DNA of 64,000 bases from Trichoplax adhaerens (taxonomy: Eukaryota > Animalia > Placozoa): positions 839,262 to 903,261 of the forward strand of contig NW_002060963.1 of NCBI RefSeq assembly GCF_000150275.1, given 5' to 3'. Within the stretch, counting starts at the first letter, position 1, and every line of letters starts with the position of its first letter. The notes beneath the pieces were generated by a model, which was not told the DNA's origin, made no database searches, and saw only the letters and a list, made by a program, of their open reading frames with translations. Shown here one piece after another: positions 47,264-60,300 of this stretch. A program made the translations under genes and the position numbers.

Positions 47264-50200
47264 ATGCTCGCTCCTTCCCTCAAGTCTTGCTTGCGCTTTC
47301 GTCAATCCATCTTGATTGCTACTCCGTTGCATAATATTCTTGTCAGAACGATGGTAAGTACACGTTGTTATCCTAACACGATAGCCTATTCTATAACTTG
47401 TAGAAATAATTGATGTAGTTTTTGTTATCTTATTTCAATATGATCACGACTGTCTAATGTGTCCATAGAGCTATCGTAGTGAAAGAGATACATTTGGTAC
47501 CATCGATGTGCCTGCCGATAAATATTATGGTGCTCAAACAGCTCGATCTCTTCAAAATTTCCCTATTGGTGGTGAAACAGAACGCATGCCGGTAAGATGA
47601 TGTCTCACTACTATTACTTTCAAGAGGAGTTGCTTAAGATGGAAATCGATCACAGATCATGGTAGAATAATGTCGTCAACAAACGCGTAGAGGGATGTCT
47701 AAACATCCAACGGACAAACTAATACAGCAGAGTAGTAATAGGTCGTAAGAATCATCATTATTAGGGACACTCTTTCTCTTTAACAAGCATTGCTCAAGAT
47801 CTTCAAAATCCTCGATAGATTGTGATAGAATAATGTCGTCTACCTAATCGACATGGCTAGTACTAGATGGACTGACTGTACTTGTAGTCATTTGGACTCT
47901 GCCCACGAAGAATAGTATTAGCTTAAAATCTTTCAAAACCGTCGTTGACTGGATCAACACCAAGACGACGCCATAGTCAGTGCTATAGATACAATCCTAG
48001 CAAGGAATCATCATCAATTGAACTCTCTACCTCGAGCATCACTGGCTGTAAATCTTAAAATCAATCATCGATCTTGTTATTATGAAATCAGCATGCAGTA
48101 CTGTCTGTAATTATACCCTCGTCTCTTCTACAGTAAGATATAACATACATTCGTACCGACATTTGCTTGCGTTGTCGTGGATTTCTCGAGCTTAGTCATG
48201 ACTGTAGCTACATCAGCAATCAATCCTTTAGACACTGCAGTAGGGTACATTCAATCAGCATTGACTTAAAATTATCCAAAGACATCGCTGACGTTGTTAA
48301 TGTAAAGACAAGGCCATATACATTTATGCAGATAGGTGATATCTTTGCACACAGGACACGTATAGATGTGTTCGATCAACTGTGCAGTGTTCTAGCAAGG
48401 AATAATCATCATTTGGACTCTCCACTTGTACTATAACTTGCTTAAAATCAATCATCTACCTTGTTACCATGAAGTCAACATACTGTAACTATACGCTTTG
48501 ATAAAGTGCAGTATCATCAATTACTCAATTCGAGGAATCTAGGACAACGTAAGGAAATGTCGGAACTTACATCAGCAATCAATCGTTTAGACACTGCAAT
48601 ATTATCGATTCAATCAACGTTGGTTTAAAAGTTGTCGAAAGCCATCATTGATTTGGTTAGCGTAAAGCCAAGGCAATATACAGTAATACAAATATGTGCT
48701 CAAATAACTTTACAGTGTACTAGTAAGGAATGATTATCATTTGAACTCTTTCTACCTGGATGATCACTTGCTTAAAATCTTAAAATCAATCTGTTGCCTT
48801 GTTACCATGGAATCAACGTACTATAATTACGATACACATTTGCATAGTATAGTATCATCAATTAAAATTTATTAGATACAAGTAATAAACTCCAGGAACC
48901 CGTGAAAACGTAAAGCCAACGTCAGTACTTACACCAGCAATCAATCATTTCAAATCTATTATATTGTAGATTCAAATCATTCGAGCATTTGGATACTTGA
49001 AAACCGCTGCTGCTGAAGCCAATCGTGAATATGGCTTAGATGGTAAACTAGCTGATGCTATTATTCAGGCTGCTCAAGAAGTAAACTATCCGTAAAATAT
49101 CATTCTCTCAATAATACGGGAAATATCTAGAGGTGAAAGCCTTGTCTTCCATATTATTGTAGGTATCACAGGGAAAATTGGATAATCACTTTCCTTTAGT
49201 CACTTGGCAAACAGGATCTGGCACTCAAACCAATATGAATGTCAACGAAGTCATCAGCAATAGAGCGATCGAATTACTAGGTGGAAAATTGGGCAGCAAA
49301 ACTCCAATTCATCCAAATGATCATGTTAACAAAAGTCAGGTAATAAGAATCATTTAATCCGCTATATACCAGTAATATCATTCAAGAATAACAATTTGAA
49401 ACAGTACCTCATGATTTTATGATAGTATAACACTGTAAGACGTGTGCGTGTATATCAACCAATGATGCCGTAGTGATTATTGAATATCTATCTAGCAATC
49501 GTTCAAAATATTCTCGGAGAATTATTTATGACTAGCAATAATGCTGTTGTAACTCTATAAAAGTTTTCAATTGTTATGCATGCGTGCATTCTTAATAATG
49601 TAAAATTACTCTTCGCTACTTGTAGAGTTCCAATGATACTTTCCCCACTGCAATGCATATCGCTGTAGCTAAAGAAGTACATGATTCGCTATTGCCTGGA
49701 GTGGAGAAATTACTAGCGAGTATTACTAGTAAACGTGAAGAATTTAAGTCAATCATCAAAGTGGGAAGAACCCATGCACAGGTAATAAAATCGATCGTAA
49801 TACTATAATAGTCAATACACAGATATTAAGCAATAGTTTTAAAACCCAACCACCTTTAGTAAAATAACACCTTGCGCTATGTAGCTGTATTGACTTATCT
49901 ATCCATGACATCTAATGGCAATAGTTCATAAATAGTCTTGTAACTGCTGATACAACGGAATTAAAATTAACTGATACTTGCTAACATAAAATTACTATTA
50001 TAATAGGATGCAACACCTTTAACTTTAGGTCAGGTCTTTAGTGGTTATGAAACTCAACTCAGGAATGGCATCGCAAGGATAAAATCTACTCTACCACGCC
50101 TATATGAGCTAGCCATTGGAGGAACTGCAGTTGGAACCGGTCTCAATACTTATGAAGGATTTGCTGAAAAAGTTACCAGCAAGGTTGCTCAACTGACTAG

Positions 50201-50837
50201 CATTCCATTCAAAACTGCTACCAATAAATTTGAAGCTATGGCTGCTCATGATGCTCTCGTTGAAGTTCATGGATCTATGAATGTTGTCGCTTGCAGTGTC
50301 ATGAAAATAGCCAACGATATTCGTTTCTTGGCTTCTGGACCACGATGTGGTATCGGAGAGTTAATTATTCCAGCGAACGAACCTGGCAGCAGTATCATGC
50401 CTGGCAAAGTCAATCCAACTCAATGCGAAGCGATAACTATGGTGGCCGCACAAGTAATGGGAAATCATACAGCCGTAACTATTGGTGGTAGCAACGGACA
50501 TTTTGAATTGAATGTTTTTAAACCCATGATGGTGCGTAATGTACTGCATTCAGCTCGAATACTTGGCGATGCTTGTGCATGTTTCTCTACCAATTGTGTT
50601 GAGGGCATTCAAGCTAATCACGAAAGAATTAAAGACCTCCTTGATAAGTCACTCATGCTTGTCACTGCATTAAATACGCATATTGGATACGACAAAGCAT
50701 CTGAAATTGCCAAGAAAGCTTTTGCAGATGGTACAACATTAAAAGAGGCTGCGATAAGCCTAGGTCATTTGACGGATGAACAGTTTGACGCATGGGTTAA
50801 TCCAGAAAAGATGATTGGTCCAACCAAATATGCTTAA
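47264..50837 (+). CDS. FH: Fumarate hydratase, class II, with mitochondrial presequence
   Basis: Exons 47264-47353, 47469-47591, 48970-49080, 49163-49339, 49626-49781, 50007-50837. Motifs [74 protein letters not shown]. Exon 1 is basic with no acidic residues. Confidence 0.97.
47740..48960. repeat. Degenerate direct repeats in FH intron 2
   Basis: CTAG(C/T)AAGGAAT.AT.ATC...TTG.ACTCT...CTTAAAATC recurs at about 47997, 48393 and 48720, with more diverged copies near 47745 and 47885; CAGCAATCAATC at about 48213, 48573 and 48934. Confidence 0.65.
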
Positions 50838-53800
50838 TATTATAAGTAACAATTTCCTTCAACACAATTTGCAATATCGTATTTTGTCGTAAGTGTGATA
50901 CAAGCCAAATAGTACAGTAGTTTTAATGGAAGGTCAATAAATAGCCTACTCCCCTTACATCATTATACCTGTAAATAGGATAATACACGTAAATGAACTA
51001 TGATATTTTATTCAAATTATTTTTGGTTATTCATATCGATGCTCAATTTGTTGAAGCAGATTATTTGTCAATGCAATTTTGAATGAGAAGCTAATATTTT
51101 GGAATAACACTTGCTTGTAAATTTATGTATGTTTGAAAGTGAAATCGCAGCAGTTACATCAGTACATAGAAGATGTTGTATAATGTAGAGCTGATCATTT
51201 ACTATTATGAGCTTTTATTGCTGTAATTGGTTACACCTGCGTTAAGGCATGGTATGCTATAGTCTATTCCTATGTATTCTTTCCATTTGCTACAATTATA
51301 ATAATAAAGGTATGCTTGGATGGCACAACATTATCCCATATCACTACAATTTTGTACCAAGAAATTTCTGCCATCCATTCAAAAATCTGCGACTCTAATA
51401 GCACTCTAATTTAACTCCACATGCCTTAAGAATATCCTCCCTAGTCTCGTTTTGACAATACACAATTATTCGTTATCTACGCGTTTCTAGCTAAATTATG
51501 ATTAAATTTAATATCGGTATTGTTATTTACTCAAAACAAGTATGATAGACGTACAACAATGAGATTGTTATCGAAAAATATTGAGGGACATTAATGATAT
51601 TAGAAAGCGACGGTGCTAGATTAGGGAATGAAATAGTTAGAATGAACAAATCTCTTCGATGCTATGATATAATCTGAAGTTATTTTCTAGGTCATCCATT
51701 GGATACAATATGTCTAAATTCACACAAGTAGGTACATAAGATACCTAGCAAAGCTTATTGCACACTTGCAATGGCATTGAACTTGATATTAATTATTTTG
51801 CACTTCCTAAAACTTATGTGAGCAATTTATTGACATTAAACATATGGAAAGGGCATTCAGTTATTTCTGGCAACGATAATATCCATTCTTTAGCGCGATT
51901 TCAATTTCCTGCTCTTTAAAACCTATGGAAATTTTAATAAATATATTTTTGGTCTCTCCACATTTTAAAAAATGCCATTTCCTAGCGGGATCATTCCTAC
52001 GTCTAATTATCACTGCATTGATTTGTAACCAATGCAGGTGGCCTGCCAAACTGCATTTTTAAATTTTATATTATTCCTCAATATTATTAGCTTAGCCTTT
52101 CAATAGATTTCTTTTTCATCCAATTATCGCTGGTGAGTTGGATTGTGTTGACATATTTATACGGTGTTTGAAAATATAAATAAATTAAATATGCAAATGA
52201 ATTCTTAACAAGAGCAAGCGTACGCTAGATCAGACACGAATGCACTCTAGGCATATTTGCTCCGTTCATCTCTAACAAAAGTCGACTCTGATGACAGATA
52301 TTAAATTGATTCTAAGAGCTTTGTCCAGTGTCTTACTCGCTGAAGCTAAAACTAGGCAAAACACATAAACCATATTTACAATATTCTCAAATCGCCATAT
52401 TTTCCTGACCATCCCCACTTCAACACCATTGATCACACAGGTTGGATTAAAAATTTTGAATTATGCTGATCGGTCAATCTGCATAGAAGGAAGGACGCTA
52501 ATATATACGTAGAAGCAATTCCTACTTTGAAATTCTTTTTCGTCAGCGATATTGAGTCTAGATTATTATCTGATAGCATTCACAATATCGGGAGAGAGGT
52601 AAAGTATATTCATTCGGTAATAATCTATAAATCACCACGCAGCTTATGTTGAAATAGTTTAGATCTATCGAACATATTTACCTTGATCTAAATTGCTAAA
52701 AATTCCGATGGAATACATATTTCATCCCCATTAACTTTATTAGCATTTATCCATCGTTTCGGAAGGCAGCACCAATCTTCGTGTTAATAAATTTAAATGT
52801 GTTTAGTTGTATTAGTTAGCCCATCAGCATTCTTTGCATATTTAAAGCTTGATGGCCATGTTTTATGGCAACACATATATCACGTTATTTCTAGTGAAGT
52901 TGGTGATAGGATTAACGCAGATGTAATATTAATAGTGTGCAGATACATCTACAGCAGATAGTTCGTGTGCATTGATATTACAGATTACTATGTATCAGTC
53001 AAGAAAATGACGAGTAATGTTTACACTGATATATTGGAATAATTTCGGTTGTTTTAGCACATATATCGATATTTTATATCGCTCTCCAAGCTTGATATCT
53101 ACTACTTTATATGGCTAGAAGACCGTATATACAAGAAGCTTTTAGCCATCATTTATAGTCATTGATAATCCCTGTAGTAAGAAATAACAGTTGCTTAATC
53201 GCTGTCATTTTATAACGATAAAACTAGACGAATACCCTACTTCAGAATATAAATTATCATATATACTCGTATATTATGGCTAAGATGAACAAATAGTTAG
53301 CCCTTAATTAATTGCCTTACTGATGACAACGTGTAAGATTCTTTATTTCATAAAATAAAATCGATCATTATCCAAAGTTCTCCATTACGATTTTAAAGTA
53401 ATATGAATTCACATTTGATTATTTACAAGTAAGAAAGATTGTAAAAGATTCCCATTTTACGTTCGATATTGGCCTGTAATTTTTCTATTCGTTTTTGCAC
53501 ATATCCATATCTTCTCTCCGTGTATGCAAGAAGTCATATGCCGGTATTTAAATTCTCTCTTCTATTCACACTAGAATTCAATTATCGTCCAAGAGAGTCT
53601 AGAATATTGACTGGAAGATAGTTGACTATTTTCTTTCTATATGGTTATGCTCATGTCATTTGATACTGTTGCATGCCTAAGTGAATGCATTCAATGTGTG
53701 CAATGGTGAAGACTAAATGCTCAATGATTGTAATTTGATCAATTCATATACTGTATCAAGAATCTTTTACTCGTATGCTTTCTTTCTTTCTAATATCTAT

Positions 53801-54177
53801 TTCTAAGTCTCACTAGAATAAATCTAGTTGCTATTAGTATTCGCAAAGTTATTGATGGGAAGTAAGCTTTGCTGTGTTATTCAGTACTCCAGAGTGAAGA
53901 ATATATATAGCTAATGGTATTTCTTCGCTCATGCTAACGTTATATCCATAATTATCTAGCCTTGCTAACTAGCTCACTATGCAACTTTTAGAACTATTCG
54001 TATCCTGTCCCTACTTTATATCAAATTATTGATCTATTTAAAGGAATGATAAGCTAAAGTATATGCCTGATTTCCATTGGTATGCATAGTGTATTCTCAT
54101 CATTACATCGATCAATCTCTACTGGAATTTGTATCCGCCATATTTAATATCAAAATTTAATTTTATTCATTTAGATC

Positions 54178-56226
54178 ATGCAAAAAATCACTAGTCATTT
54201 CGATGAAAGGTCATTACTGATTGATGAAAGCCAGTTTAGGTTACAGCTAGGGGTTAGGAAGAAATCTTTCTTTCGCGATCACAGAAAAGCAGCTTTAGTG
54301 ATAGTTATTATATTGACTATCGGTGTTATTACTGCAGCTCTTGTTCTTGGTCTTACTCTTGGTAACCATAGTGTCATTGCTGTTACACATGAATCAACAA
54401 CCACTTCTCCAATAACATCCCATCCACCGGCTATAACGAATAGCTCGACGAGTGCTACTTCCATAAGCAAAATTCCAGCAACAACATCAGCTACGCAATC
54501 CACTATAACGCCTAGCTCTACTATTGAAACAGTCAAGCCTACGAAAGAAAAGCCAACGCTATCCTTGACATCGGAAATACCTACAAAAATAACCAGTACA
54601 ACTCATGAAATAGCGAGTAAAACTCCTTCTAGTACCTATTCGACTACGATCCACGTTACTTTAGCAACAACAGCTCGTCCACCGACGACGAAAACAGAGC
54701 CAGCCACTTCTGTAGCGAGTACGAGTACTACGGCAAAATCGACAGTCTCCACTACAGTAAAAACGGAACCAACAACCCATGTGGAAACTGCAACACCTGA
54801 TCACACAACTCAAGAAACAACGTGGATTACTACAGAGCCAATAACTCAAGTAGAAACGAAAGAACCTACAAGTACATCTGAAAAGCCAACAGCAATAACT
54901 ACTGTACAAACACAGCCAATAACTCATGTGGAAACGACAACATCCATTTCTACAACTGCAGCACCAACACAAGTATCTACAGAACCGACGGTAGAAACTA
55001 CGGCAAAAACAGAGCCAGCAACTACCACTAGTACAACTGAGAAGCCAACGCAAATAACTACAGAACTGACGGTAGAAACTACAGCCAAAACGGAGCCAAC
55101 AACTCCAACCAAAGCAACTACCACTAACATAACTGAAAAGCCAACGCAAACAACTACAGAACCGACGGTGGTAACTATGGCAAAAACGGAGCCAACAACT
55201 CTTATCGTAACCAAAGCAACTACTCCTAGTACAACTAAAAAGCCAACGCAAATAACTACAGAACCGACGGTAGAAACTATGGCAAAAACGGAGCCAACAA
55301 CTCTTATCGTAACCAAAGCAACTACTCCTAGTACAACTGAAAAGCCAACACCAATGACGACGGCAAAAACAGAGCCAACAACGCATACAACAACTAAAGC
55401 AACTATTACTAGTTCCACTGAGAAACCAACACAAATAACGACAGTAAAGACAGAGCCAACAACTCATATAACAACTAAAGCAACTACTATTAGTACCACT
55501 GAGAAACCAACGCAAATAACTACCGTAGTAACGGAGCCAACAATCACAGCAACTACTAGTTCCACTGAGAAACCAACACAAATAACGACAGTAAAGACAG
55601 AGCCAACAACTCGTATAACAACTAAAGCAACTACAATTAGTACCACTGAGAAACCAACGCAAATAACTACCGTAGTAACGGAGCCAACAATCACAGCAAC
55701 TACTAGTTCCACTGAGAAACCAACGCAAATAATCACTGTACAAACGGAGCCAATAACCACAGCAACTACTAGTAGTACAACTGTAAAACCAACGCAAATA
55801 ACCACCGTAAAAACAAGGCCAACCACTCATGTCGAAACGAAAGCAACTATACCTACTAGTACAACTCAACAACCAACGCCGATAACTACAGTAAAAGCAG
55901 AGCTAACCACTCATGCAGAACCGAAAGCAACTACTAGCACAACTCGCGCTACAATCGAAATGGAATCCACTACTCCTGTCAAAACTGAAGCAATAACTAG
56001 TACACAATCAATTAGCACCCATGCAATAACAACTATTCCATCAACGACAGTAAAGACAGAGCCAACGCATGCAGAAATTCAAACTTCAGCATCATCGTCT
56101 TCCGTTTCATCCAGTCTAAAAGCAACGGAATCAACCACCAAAAGCGAAATAAATCACACTAATACAGCTAATCAAACTCCAACAAGCTTACAGGTAACAA
56201 AAACCACATCTGCAAAGCCTAGTTAA
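54178..56226 (+). CDS. Type II membrane mucin-like protein (cytosolic N-tail, one TM helix, ~600-aa Thr/Pro/Glu-rich repeat stalk)
   Basis: 682-aa ORF; basic tail (RKKSFFRDHRK) then hydrophobic AALVIVIILTIGVITAALVLGLTLG; repeats TTEKPTQITTVKTEPTT; pyrimidine-rich acceptor TTTAG just before the ATG. Confidence 0.85.
   Translation: MQKITSHFDERSLLIDESQFRLQLGVRKKSFFRDHRKAALVIVIILTIGVITAALVLGLTLGNHSVIAVTHESTTTSPITSHPPAITNSSTSATSISKIPATTSATQSTITPSSTIETVKPTKEKPTLSLTSEIPTKITSTTHEIASKTPSSTYSTTIHVTLATTARPPTTKTEPATSVASTSTTAKSTVSTTVKTEPTTHVETATPDHTTQETTWITTEPITQVETKEPTSTSEKPTAITTVQTQPITHVETTTSISTTAAPTQVSTEPTVETTAKTEPATTTSTTEKPTQITTELTVETTAKTEPTTPTKATTTNITEKPTQTTTEPTVVTMAKTEPTTLIVTKATTPSTTKKPTQITTEPTVETMAKTEPTTLIVTKATTPSTTEKPTPMTTAKTEPTTHTTTKATITSSTEKPTQITTVKTEPTTHITTKATTISTTEKPTQITTVVTEPTITATTSSTEKPTQITTVKTEPTTRITTKATTISTTEKPTQITTVVTEPTITATTSSTEKPTQIITVQTEPITTATTSSTTVKPTQITTVKTRPTTHVETKATIPTSTTQQPTPITTVKAELTTHAEPKATTSTTRATIEMESTTPVKTEAITSTQSISTHAITTIPSTTVKTEPTHAEIQTSASSSSVSSSLKATESTTKSEINHTNTANQTPTSLQVTKTTSAKPS
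54750..55950 (+). repeat. Coding PTS repeats (EKPTQITT / KTEPTT units)
   Basis: Near-identical nested DNA duplications, e.g. 55417-55545 versus 55546-55690, and 55135-55235 versus 55236-55345. Confidence 0.85.
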
Positions 56227-57363
56227 GCATCAACAACCGCTACATCCTCAGAGCCAAAAGCTATCATTGTAGATTAAGAATCGACTACTCCTCTGAGTAA
56301 TGAAACATTTTATCCCATCTCAACGCTGTCTGTCATTGAAAACTATCATTGCGATTGCTAAATAAATCGACTGATTTTCTTCTAAGCGCGATAACGACGT
56401 ACAGAACGCCAGCGATGTTAGAGATAGAGCAACATCTCATATCAAGTCGTAACCTTTTCCGATTCTATTAATTAATTAAAGGTGTTTTCTATGTACTGCT
56501 TTAGTAGTATGCATAAAGATAAATAATAGCTTGCAAATACATAAAAAATTAGGGGCAATATCTTGAATGCAAACCATCTAACTGACACTTATTGACCACG
56601 TTGGATTACTAGCTATATACCATCACTAACTGTGATCATGAATATAATCACACAGTCTAAAAATGAGTATGTATAATATAGATGCTATCCATTTAAACTG
56701 TATCAATTAAATTAAGACATAATGTCATACCTATATCTGAGAAATGAAAATTCCTTTTACCATCGTAACATACGATCACATTGGGTGTTGTATTTACGAA
56801 AAGTGAACTCTTATCCAATATACGAGTACAAATTTATCAAAGTAAATCTTTTAGGCAAACACTACATCATGTAGGTTGTTTTAATGTGATCACTATCAGC
56901 TAATAATAATTATTACAATTAGCATATATTACAAGTAGCAAGGCTTACTTTTCAGTAATTTACTAACAACGAGAACAGATAACTTCATAAAATAATTATA
57001 TAATATAACAAGAAGGATCTCTTGGCGACAAATAGTAATGCTAATTACTACTCGTATGATTAAATCATCGTACACTAGTTTAAAATGAACTTAGATACAA
57101 AAAAATATTTTACGAACAGAGAAATTCTTCGCTTGAAACCTTTCAACAACTACAAATAAAGGATATTCTAAATACTTTCCTTTAGTTTATAGTAGGAATA
57201 TTATAATAAAGTAAATTATAAATAAGATAAGTGATAAATTGGTGCTAATACCCACTATTAATAACCCTTTAGAAAATGATCTAACAGATCCAATGAATAA
57301 ATGCATAATTGTTAGTAATATTTCTGGTTATTATTCGTTCACCAACTGCAATCCTTGTAGTAA

Positions 57364-60300
57364 TCATGGGTTGGCGGCGAAAAAATTTTTTACGGTCTCT
57401 CGATATAAGGATACCCAGTTTATTCTACTTGAAATGGTAGCAATAATATCATCCTTAACACTGGGAGGGATAATTTTTGCCACATCTCTATGAAAGAAAT
57501 TCTGTACCTTTAAAAAGAAGAGCGGCAACACGTCAAATTTTAATTTGATTCAGTCTAAAGAAAACCGATGGTAGTATAGCTACTATAAATTTACGCGTAA
57601 GCTACTGAGAATATACGCAATTTCTTGAAATTGTAATGATTGCCTACTCTTTGCAGGTTATCTTTATCTACATATCTGGCAGCTGTCACGTTAAGTAGTT
57701 GCTCCATAAATGTTACTTTGAAGTTAAATCTGATAAAGAGTGAATAAAAATGGTAATAACAGTATAAAATTAGAGTAATTAAATCGAAAATCGATCGCTA
57801 AAGAAACTATAAGCATTTATTGAAAAATACCTTTGGTATAGGGCCTCTAAATTATTAGTTACAAAAGGCCAAGCCAACTGGAGATTTAACAAGCCACGAC
57901 TAGCCATAAAGTCAAATGCTTTAAGGGCTTCGAGCGAGCTCATTAACGTTCTATTAAGAGTCATGTCTAGATACCTAGTCATGAGTATGATGAATGGAGA
58001 ATATTAATATCAGATATGTCAACAACCCTGGAGTGGTTGAGTCATTGGAAAGTCCTGATAGGATAGCACCAGTAAAATGATGGTATAACAGATTATTCAT
58101 AAATCTATTAATACCTTCTCCAAAGTGTAACGTTTTTGCTATAGGTCAGAGCTTCAAGATAAAGTAATCGATCAGATGGAACTGTACTAGATTTAAACAT
58201 ATCGAGGACCTTTTCCCATGCAGCTTCATCAGTATCAGCAATTCCATACTTGAAAATGATTGATTTTAAATTAGCAGGTATTCTATAATGAAAAAAGGCG
58301 ACATTGGCAAGTTAATAAAGTACACCAATAAAGTAAAGGTAGAAAACTACAGTAAATTACATGGGCTGTACAAGAGTACGCTCACTAAATCATTATGATG
58401 CAGCTACATAATATAAAGACATTCACTATACTAACGTTGTATTGCTATCAGAATATAAACTGGATAGGAATTGCTCTTTAGTATAATTTCGGCACTGCTT
58501 ATCCTCAAGGCAATAGTAATCCATGGCAACAACTCGTGTTAATCTAATAAGAAATTAGTAATAATTACAATTACAATATGATAATAGGGTGCCGTACCTT
58601 GTAAGGTCATATAAAGAATATGAAAAATAGAAAAAACTTGCAACAATCTTAGATCCACAAAGTTACCTTTTATTATAGTCTCCAACATTCTTAAAAGTTA
58701 GCTCATTCATGATATTTTTTACTAATCTCGAGTGGTAATCCTGAAACATTATAACGGAGTAGATAAAATATGCGTACGTCAATTGTAACTATAAATTATT
58801 TCGTGTAAATTGATGAATAAACTAATCTTTGAGCAACAAAGGTAGTTTACCTGATACAATGCTTGATCAATAATGAAATATTTCACTATGTTAGCAATGA
58901 AGTTCATGTTTTGTTTATAGGTAGCCCACGGCAAAAATAAAGCGTGTTGTTGTGTTATAGATTTCGACATAGTTAATGTTTGTACATAAGATAAACGACC
59001 AAGCCTACAATTTCAGTCGAAGCGCAAAAGAATCGGTTAAGTATTTCCACTTAAAAGTAAAGAAATTTTATATAATCATTATTACGCTGTCATCAAGTAA
59101 TATACTGCTAAGCGATAATCGTTCGTGCCTAAAAGTAGGCATTTAAGTGCGCCTTACTTAGCAAAAGCGAAGGCATCATCCATCAACTTTGATAATCCAG
59201 TAGATAACATGGCCTAAGATACCGCATATATTTACGACATTTTAATGCTGGTAATACGTTAATAAAATTATTTTATGGTAAATTTACTAACAATAGTATT
59301 GGATGGCAATTTAGGGATCAATGCTGTATAGTTATTCCACGTTGCAGCCGGATACAGAACCCGATAAAATCCAAATAATTTCACGTTGGCGTTTAACAGG
59401 ATTGAATTCCCAATATCAATTGGTGTTGAATCTAACCCAATAATATAATTAGAAGATGGTTTGCTCGTCATTATTATTCGTTTATGATTCTTCATGATTC
59501 ATTGTAGAATTTGAGAAGACATTGACAATATTATATTTTACTTCTATATGACTACACAGTATACATTCTAGGTTAAGATATCTTACGCACTCATATTGCC
59601 TAAATCTGGATTAAGGACGATCAAATTATTTTTAGAAGAAAAATTCATTGCAAGAAAGCTATTCCATGTAAAAGGTATGTACCATGAATATCTAGATAGA
59701 TAACAATTATTTAGAAATGTAAATTATTTACCAGTTATTAGTTGAAAACAAAGTACTAATGTAGCATAAATTTTTTAAACTGTTAACACTAGAAGTTAAT
59801 GACGATCAGGTACAATATGCATTATAAATACTCCTATCTTGAGTATATAATTATAGAATAAAAATATTCACCCGGACATTGGCACGCTGTCACCAATAAT
59901 ATTTGATCGATAAATATCAATATACTGCGACTGACTTAGCAAAAGTTCACTTTGATTACTTTGAGTCGAAGATACGTTAACATATGGGTACCCAGGCTGG
60001 GTGAGCCACGGTTGCATCAGCTGATTAAAATCAAATTTGGTGGTGACCTACAACAACAAAGTATGTGAAATTTAACTTAGGCGTTGCGTCTACAATAGCT
60101 AAGTTGTATGTCACTGGTTGTAAATATAATTGATATACGAAGTACAACGATTTTTATATCAATGTACCATTTCTGAATGAAACTTCAAAATATATAATCT
60201 ATGAGATGATAACAAACTAGACTAGGAGTTTAGAAGAAATATTGTACCTCTGGTGGTAGTAACTTCCAAAATTCAGATACAGAGGTTACAAGATTTCTTG

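Noticed and set aside
51800-53000. Possible decayed coding sequence between FH and the mucin-like gene
   Set aside because: Slightly less AT-rich with short open stretches, but no family motif recognised in the frames I translated; BLASTx would be needed.
54279-55872. Cys-rich 403-aa and Val-rich antisense ORFs
   Set aside because: Mirror frames of the ACN-rich mucin repeats, which rarely produce stops on the opposite strand.
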